Assembly (NCBI GenBank): GCA_041641295.1
Contig: JBEPYO010000001.1
Coordinates: 544,001 to 608,000 of the forward strand
Direction: 5' to 3'
DNA: 64,000 nt
Source: Nitrososphaerota archaeon
GTDB taxonomy: Archaea; Thermoproteota; Nitrososphaeria_A; Caldarchaeales; Calditenuaceae
The translations under genes were made by a program, and so were the position numbers. The notes beneath the pieces were generated by a model. It had not been told where the DNA came from. It ran no database searches and worked only from the letters and a program-made list of their open reading frames with translations. This document shows positions 58,273 to 64,000 of the stretch, piece after piece (the first letter of the stretch is position 1; each line of letters opens with the position of its first letter).

Positions 58273-59520
58273 TTATTTCTGTCTGGATAGGACCTGTATT
58301 CCCGGCATCGGCTCGCCTGAGAGGAATGATATGAGGGCTCCTCCTCCGAGGCTCACGTAGGTGAAATCGCTAGGCCTTAGGCCGAGGATCTCTATGGCGG
58401 TTACGGAGTCTCCTCCACCTATGAGGGTTGAGGCGCGGGATTTTGCGAGCGCCATGTAGACTGTCTGAGTTCCTTTCCTGAACTCAGGTTTCTCATACAC
58501 ACCCATGGGCCCCTTCACTATCACTGATGCGTCAGGCTCAAGCCCCTCTATTATTTCACGGTAGTACTGGATGGTTTTTGAGCCTATATCCTGAATCTCC
58601 CCGGGGCATGGGAGTCCTTCTCGCAGAACCTCCATCCTCGAGCCATCCTTGCCTGCATAGGCGAAGTCGAGCGGGGTGATTACCCGGTCTCTAAGCTTCT
58701 GGTCGATCTCGGAAACTGCTCCGAAGAGCTCCATGTGTTTCTTCTTTACCAAGAACTCCTCGCTTGGGCCGCCTAGGTTGTATCCACGCGCCTTTGCGAA
58801 GAGCTGCCCAAGGATCCCTCCAGTCAATACTGCATGGATGCTCTCTGGCCTCTCTTTCAAGAAGCGCTGAAGCACCTTTACACACTCTACTGGCTTGTTA
58901 CCTCCTAAGGTGAAGACGATCTTACTGGTTAGGGCGACCATCTTGTTGAGGGCGGAGAGCTCCCTCTCCATAACCCTTCCCGCGTAGGTTGGAAGAAGTG
59001 CCGCGAGACCGACGATGGAGGAGTGGGAGCGGTGGGCTACGGAAAACGCGTCTAGGACGAAGATGTCCAGGTGGGGGGCCAGCGTCCGCGGAAGCGTGCT
59101 ATTAGCATGCTCCTCGGGGGTCTTCTCAACGTCCTCGTCCTCTAGCCGCCTCACGTTGTCCAGTAGTATGGCCTCGCCCTTAGAGAGACCCTTAATCGCG
59201 TTTATCGCCTCGGCCCCAACGACATCGGGGATAAACCTTACTTCCTTACCCACAAGGCTTGAGAGTATCTCGGCGTGCTGTCTCAGGTCTGTGAAGTCTG
59301 GGTCTCCGCGCCTGCCCTGGTGGGCGAGTATTACCAGTTTCGCACCTCTCTCCATCAGCTCCTTGACTGTTAGCGAGTGGGCCCTGAAACGCTCGTTGAG
59401 CTGTATCTTCCCTGTCTGGGGGTCGATGGTGGAGTTGAGGTCCACTCTGAGGGCTACGCGCTTTCCAACTACGTCCACTTGGTCTAGTGTCCTGTACTTA
59501 ATTTCACCTTGCCCTGCCAC
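58273..59520 (-). CDS. pgk: Phosphoglycerate kinase
   Basis: RVDLNS, AHQGR, DAFSVAHR, GPMGVYE, GGGDS, SLGGGA. Confidence 0.95.
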   Translation of the reverse strand: MAGQGEIKYRTLDQVDVVGKRVALRVDLNSTIDPQTGKIQLNERFRAHSLTVKELMERGAKLVILAHQGRRGDPDFTDLRQHAEILSSLVGKEVRFIPDVVGAEAINAIKGLSKGEAILLDNVRRLEDEDVEKTPEEHANSTLPRTLAPHLDIFVLDAFSVAHRSHSSIVGLAALLPTYAGRVMERELSALNKMVALTSKIVFTLGGNKPVECVKVLQRFLKERPESIHAVLTGGILGQLFAKARGYNLGGPSEEFLVKKKHMELFGAVSEIDQKLRDRVITPLDFAYAGKDGSRMEVLREGLPCPGEIQDIGSKTIQYYREIIEGLEPDASVIVKGPMGVYEKPEFRKGTQTVYMALAKSRASTLIGGGDSVTAIEILGLRPSDFTYVSLGGGALISFLSGEPMPGIQVLSRQK

Positions 59521-60541
59521 GCCCCGACACCATCAGGACTAGGTCAACGAGCCTGTTGCTGTAGCCCCACTCGTTATCATACCATCCAAAGACCTTGACG
59601 AAGTCGCTCTTATCGCCCAAGACAAGTGTCTGGGTGGCGTCGAAGATGCATGAGTGCGGGTTACCTATAATATCGACGGATACTATGGGGTCCTCTGTGT
59701 ATTCAACGATGCCCTTCATCCTACCCATGGCCTCCTCCTTGAACACTTGGTTGACCTCCTCGACCGTTACTTGCCTCTCGAGAACGGCTGAGAGGTCTGT
59801 GAGCGACCCGTTCGGTACTGGAACCCTCATGGCAATTCCGTGAAGCTTGCCCTTTACTTCGGGTATGACTTGGTGGAGGGCGGAGGCTGCTCCTGTAGTG
59901 GTGGGGATTATCGATGTGGCTGCTGCCCTAGCCCTTCTCAGGTCTCTGTGGTAGAGGTCTAGGAGCCGCTGGTCGTTCGTGTACGCGTGGATGGTTGTCA
60001 TGAAGCCTTTAACCAGTCCGAAGTTGTCGAGCAATATCTTCACCATTGGTGCTAGGCAGTTTGTGGTGCAGGAGGCACCCGAGATGACGACGTGCTTCGA
60101 CAGGTCTAGGGCTTGGTCATTCACACCCGGCACTATCGTTACGTCCGCATCGCTGGAGGGGGCCGAGATGATGACCTTCTTAACACCATGCTCGAGGTGG
60201 CCTGCGGCGTCCTTCCTCTTAGTGAATAGACCGGTCGACTCTACAACCACGTCTACTCCCACCTTATCCCACGGTATTTCTGACGGCTTAGAGACAGAGA
60301 AGTAGGCGAACTCCCGATTCCCAATCCTGATACCTCCACTCTCGGTTACCTTTACCTCCTCACCCAGCCGGCCGTGAACAGAGTCGTACTTGATCAGGTG
60401 GGCGGTGGTTTTAGCGTCCGCAATATCGTTAAAAGCCACAACCTCGAAAGCCTTTCCATAGAGCGAGTCTTTGAGGGCGGCGCGGAGGAATAGCCTTCCA
60501 ATACGCCCCATACCGTTTATTCCGACTCTAACAGGAGCCAC
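59504..60541 (-). CDS. gap: Class I (bacterial/eukaryal-type) glyceraldehyde-3-phosphate dehydrogenase
   Basis: VGINGMGRIGR, YDSVHG, ASCTTNCLAP, PTTTGAA, WYDNEWGYSNR; GTG start at 60541. Confidence 0.94.
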   Translation of the reverse strand: MAPVRVGINGMGRIGRLFLRAALKDSLYGKAFEVVAFNDIADAKTTAHLIKYDSVHGRLGEEVKVTESGGIRIGNREFAYFSVSKPSEIPWDKVGVDVVVESTGLFTKRKDAAGHLEHGVKKVIISAPSSDADVTIVPGVNDQALDLSKHVVISGASCTTNCLAPMVKILLDNFGLVKGFMTTIHAYTNDQRLLDLYHRDLRRARAAATSIIPTTTGAASALHQVIPEVKGKLHGIAMRVPVPNGSLTDLSAVLERQVTVEEVNQVFKEEAMGRMKGIVEYTEDPIVSVDIIGNPHSCIFDATQTLVLGDKSDFVKVFGWYDNEWGYSNRLVDLVLMVSGRGRAR

Positions 60542-60655
60542 GCCTATACAATATGGGTTGTAATATAAGTATGTGGGGGGCTGAGTGAATATATCTGCGT
60601 GGACTTGTATGTTGGGCGTGCTGCGCATTGGAGGGCGGGGAGAATAACTTAAATA

Positions 60656-62272
60656 TTGGCTGGCCTTCAGCATGTGGCAAGGGGTGTCTCAATCGATTAC
60701 GTCGAGCTTCTCGATACGACGCTTCGGGACGGCGCCCAGACTAGAGGCGTCTCTCTAAGCCTAAGGGACAAGCTGAGAATAGCTGAGAAGCTTGACGAAC
60801 TCGGTATAGACATTATAGAGGCCGGCTGGCCGGGTGCGAATCCAAAGGACTCAGAGTTTTATAAGGCCGTTAAGAACGTGTCATTCACGCACAGTAAGCT
60901 CGCCGTCTTCGGGAGCACCAAACACAAGAACTCGAGGGTTGACCAAGACCCTATGCTCAAAAGCCTAGTCGAGGCAGATGTCCCCTACGCCGTCGTGTTC
61001 GGTAAGAGCTGGCTACTCCACGTTAGGGAGGTCCTGAGGGCCACGCCAGAAGAGAATCTGGAGATGATCGAGGAGACGATAAGCTATCTCAAGGCCCATG
61101 GGATGAGGGTGATCTTCGACGCAGAGCACTTCTTCGACGGGTGGAAGGACTCGCCCGACTACGCCCTCTCGGTCCTGAAGGTGGCCAGCGAGGCTGGGGC
61201 GGAGACGCTGGTGCTATGCGACACGAACGGCGGCACCCTACCATCCGAGCTACTAGGCATCGTCAAGAAGGTGAGGTCCGAGATTAACGCCCGCCTCGGG
61301 ATACACGCCCATAACGATGCGGGCTGCGCAACCGCAAACAGTCTAGCAGCAGTGGAGGCTGGTGTGCGACATGTCCAAGGCACATTCATCGGGCTGGGGG
61401 AGAGGTGTGGCAACGCAGACTTGGCCCAGATTATACCGGCTCTAAGGCTCAAGATGGGGTTCAAGGTGCTCAAGGACGGAGACGTGGAGAGGTTGAAGAA
61501 GCTCACCGAGGTTGCAAGGTTCATAGCCGGTGTGACCGGATTCCACCTAGCACCCAACCACCCCTACGTCGGGAGAAACGCCTTCGCCCATAAAGGGGGA
61601 GTCCACATAGACGCCATAATCAAGCACCCGAGAACATACGAGCACATCGACCCCTCGCTCGTCGGAAACGAGAGGGTCCTCTCCATCTCGGAGCAGGCCG
61701 GGAGGTCAGCGCTCATGGACCTGGCCAGACGCATAGGCCTGAACCTCTCTAAGGAGGAGCTGAAGGCGGCGACAGAGGAGGTAAAGAGGATGGAGTCGCT
61801 TGGATACCACTTGGAGCCGGCCGAGGCCACCGTAATCCTCCTCATCCTAAAGCACATAGGCATGTACAGGGAGCTCTTCGAAGTCAAGAACTGGTGGGTC
61901 GAGTCAGTCAACATAGGCAGGAAGATATCCAGAGCCATAGTAACAATATCTGTAAATGGCGACATAGTTACGGCGATGGGCGAGGGGGTAGGGCCTGTGC
62001 ACGCGCTGGACGAGGCTGTCAGGAGCGGAATCTCATCAAGGTTTCCAGCCCTAAGGGACGTCAGCCTCACCGACTACAAGGTCCACGTAGTCGACAGCAA
62101 GGAGGGGACAGCAGCCTATGTCAGAGTCTTCACAGAGTTTACATGGAGGGAGAGAAGCTGGGTAACAACCAGCGTCTCCAACAACATAATCGAGGCAAGC
62201 CTCTCAGCAATAATCGACGGCTATAGATATCTGCTACTAGCTCTAGAGCCGGGACTATTAAACAACAGATAA
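60656..62272 (+). CDS. cimA: Citramalate synthase (LeuA/CimA family)
   Basis: DTTLRDGAQ, FGKSW, IFDAEHFFDG, HAHND, GERCGN, AHKGGVH; C-terminal regulatory domain. Confidence 0.82.
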   Translation: MAGLQHVARGVSIDYVELLDTTLRDGAQTRGVSLSLRDKLRIAEKLDELGIDIIEAGWPGANPKDSEFYKAVKNVSFTHSKLAVFGSTKHKNSRVDQDPMLKSLVEADVPYAVVFGKSWLLHVREVLRATPEENLEMIEETISYLKAHGMRVIFDAEHFFDGWKDSPDYALSVLKVASEAGAETLVLCDTNGGTLPSELLGIVKKVRSEINARLGIHAHNDAGCATANSLAAVEAGVRHVQGTFIGLGERCGNADLAQIIPALRLKMGFKVLKDGDVERLKKLTEVARFIAGVTGFHLAPNHPYVGRNAFAHKGGVHIDAIIKHPRTYEHIDPSLVGNERVLSISEQAGRSALMDLARRIGLNLSKEELKAATEEVKRMESLGYHLEPAEATVILLILKHIGMYRELFEVKNWWVESVNIGRKISRAIVTISVNGDIVTAMGEGVGPVHALDEAVRSGISSRFPALRDVSLTDYKVHVVDSKEGTAAYVRVFTEFTWRERSWVTTSVSNNIIEASLSAIIDGYRYLLLALEPGLLNNR

Positions 62273-62304
62273 TAAAATAAAAAAGTCTTTGTGGTTGGGA
62301 TGCT

Positions 62305-63147
62305 TTAGCTTATCGGCTCGAATACATACGTAATGTCAACCGTCACCGTGTATGTTATCTCGCCACTCATTATTGGTGGTCCGCCAGCACCCTGCCCAGC
62401 TACGACCCCGACCTCCGCCCTCGCCATAGGTATGATTCCACCCCCATCTTCAGAGAACAAGACCTGGACCTGCCTGATTTCTTTAATTCTCATATTTAGG
62501 TACTCGGCAATCTTCGAGGCCTTGGCCGTTGCGTCGGCGAACGCCATCTGTAGAGCAGAGTCTCTTAGATTCTTTCTTGTCTCATCCTTCAGGTCAAACC
62601 ACGCACCTTGGAAGTTGGTTGCTCCAGCCTGGATGGCGTCGTTAATGATTTTAGGGGCCTCCGATATCAGGCTGTCCTCGAGCGTCACGGTCACTAGGTT
62701 GATGGCGACGTATCCCTCTTGGCGGCATCCGTCTTTGTCGCATATCCAGTTGGGGTTTATCGCTACGTACGATGTCTTGATGTTCTTCTCATCAACTCCG
62801 TTCGCGAGAAGTGAGGCGACGACCCTTCCAGCCACCTCGCTGTTCAGGTTGGAGGCCTCCAACGGTGTTGCGCCTCGGGTCTCTACTCCGAGCATGAAAC
62901 TCATCCTGTCCGGCTTTAGCTTGACAGTTCCTATACCCCTGATAGGAACACGAACGCCGGCGACCTCTCCATCTCCCCCACCATCTCCAGTCTGCAGTGT
63001 ATACGGAACGCTACTCGCACTGCCTAGCATATTCATCGCGTAGAGGGATGCAGCCAAGACAGCAGCTATCGCCACCACTGAGACAGTCAAAGCATATACT
63101 GTAGGAATCTCACCCTTGATCCTCCTTATGCCGCTCATGGCTAACAT
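62305..63147 (-). CDS. SIMPL/DUF541 domain protein
   Basis: N-terminal TM; GTVKLKPD, AIQAGAT, AFADATAKA, GEITYTVTV. Confidence 0.85.
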   Translation of the reverse strand: MLAMSGIRRIKGEIPTVYALTVSVVAIAAVLAASLYAMNMLGSASSVPYTLQTGDGGGDGEVAGVRVPIRGIGTVKLKPDRMSFMLGVETRGATPLEASNLNSEVAGRVVASLLANGVDEKNIKTSYVAINPNWICDKDGCRQEGYVAINLVTVTLEDSLISEAPKIINDAIQAGATNFQGAWFDLKDETRKNLRDSALQMAFADATAKASKIAEYLNMRIKEIRQVQVLFSEDGGGIIPMARAEVGVVAGQGAGGPPIMSGEITYTVTVDITYVFEPIS

Positions 63148-63540
63148 GTACCCCCGGACTATATATGTGCCTATGCCCTATACCCGCGGAGCCCCCAACA
63201 CCCACACGTCTAAGCTAAATGTGGCTTCGAAGAATCTCTTGGAAACGAGGTTGCTGGAGACACCACTGCTAAACCTTCCCCCACCCATAGTATAATTTCG
63301 AGACCCTTACATTAGTTTAGGTGTCTCAAAGCTTATACGTGGGAGAGTATAAAGCGTGTTACATTAGTGTGTGGTAGGTGTTAACAGCTGACAATAGAGC
63401 AGATAAATACTTGGGAATATGGTGCTAGGCTCATAATAGATGGTGGAATTCCGTACTCCCTACCAGGCAAGGCTGCTGGGCTGTCGAGAGAGGTTGGAAG
63501 AAGTGATCAACGACTATCACCTGAGCTGAAGGATAAGCTT

Positions 63541-64000
63541 ATGGAAGCTCTGGAGATTGGGATCCGGAGCGGATTTAGCTATCATAATGTCTGGAGGATG
63601 CTGCGTGGTAGTGGAGTAGAAGTATCGAGGTCTACTGTCAGGAGATATTACTACAAGAGATTTCCTGAGAGGTTGGGGAAGAGAGGGCCGTGCCTCGACA
63701 GGTCTATTAGGATTAAGGTTTTCGGCGAGGTCAAAAGGCTGCGGGGATTGGGACATTCGTACAACAAGATCATAAGGGAGATAGAAGAGGTGTACGGAGT
63801 CCGGCTAAGCAAGTCGCAGGTCAGTGAGTGGTTGAGAGGGATACATAACCCATTCAATGGGTGTAGGATACCGTCCATAGACTTCCTAGAGAAGACCCCA
63901 GAACTCGCATACGTTATAGGGGTTGTCTCTGGCGACGGATGGGCTGTTAGAAAAAGAAAAGGCGATGCTAGGATAGGGGGCATGGTCAAAGACAGGGAGT
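63541..64000 (+). CDS. HTH plus LAGLIDADG homing-endonuclease-like protein, partial (absent from the ORF track)
   Basis: Manual translation: MEALEIG...GHSYNKIIREIEEVYGVRLSKSQVSEWLRG...PELAYVIGVVSGDG...VKDRE, open to the window edge. Confidence 0.8.
   Translation, partial: MEALEIGIRSGFSYHNVWRMLRGSGVEVSRSTVRRYYYKRFPERLGKRGPCLDRSIRIKVFGEVKRLRGLGHSYNKIIREIEEVYGVRLSKSQVSEWLRGIHNPFNGCRIPSIDFLEKTPELAYVIGVVSGDGWAVRKRKGDARIGGMVKDRE

Noticed and set aside
62333-63043. 236 aa plus-strand ORF and similar long antisense ORFs (e.g. 59015..59542, 61564..62070, 36148..36684)
   Set aside because: Ser/Pro-rich antisense shadows of well-supported genes.
63517-63989. Two minus-strand ORFs in the track
   Set aside because: Antisense to the HTH-LAGLIDADG frame, which the track missed because it has no stop within the window.
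1-64000. CRISPR array, rRNA, transposase, tRNA introns
   Set aside because: No regularly spaced repeats, rRNA-like tracts or transposase motifs seen; all four tRNAs fold without introns.

Overview
Gene-dense chromosomal segment from a thermophilic archaeon. Evidence: RpoP, aEF-1beta, Rpp21, Hjc, RadB, an archaeal RNase P RNA and four intron-less tRNAs without encoded CCA. Gene content suggests a TACK lineage such as Aigarchaeota/Caldarchaeales (inference). The main signal is respiratory. A CuA-subunit heme-copper enzyme (9626-11678) has Glu in place of the active-site Tyr (HNLME) and Met in place of a low-spin heme His (HLM), i.e. an nNOR-type nitric oxide reductase, and it converges on an NnrS-like gene. 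A CydAA'-type bd oxidase, DpsL, peroxiredoxin and an orphan SufC lie nearby. Also present: a probable GDGT ring synthase-family radical SAM enzyme, a ~13 kb glycosylation island with mirrored epimerase-GT4 pairs and a decayed GT2, an orphan m4C (probably CTAG) methylase, a tRNA-Ala-linked DUF1326/DUF2182 islet, a bacterial-type class I GAPDH, a truncated ATP-cone remnant, and a free-standing HTH-LAGLIDADG gene cut by the window end. No CRISPR array, rRNA or transposase was seen. All calls come from motifs recognised by eye; no database search was run.
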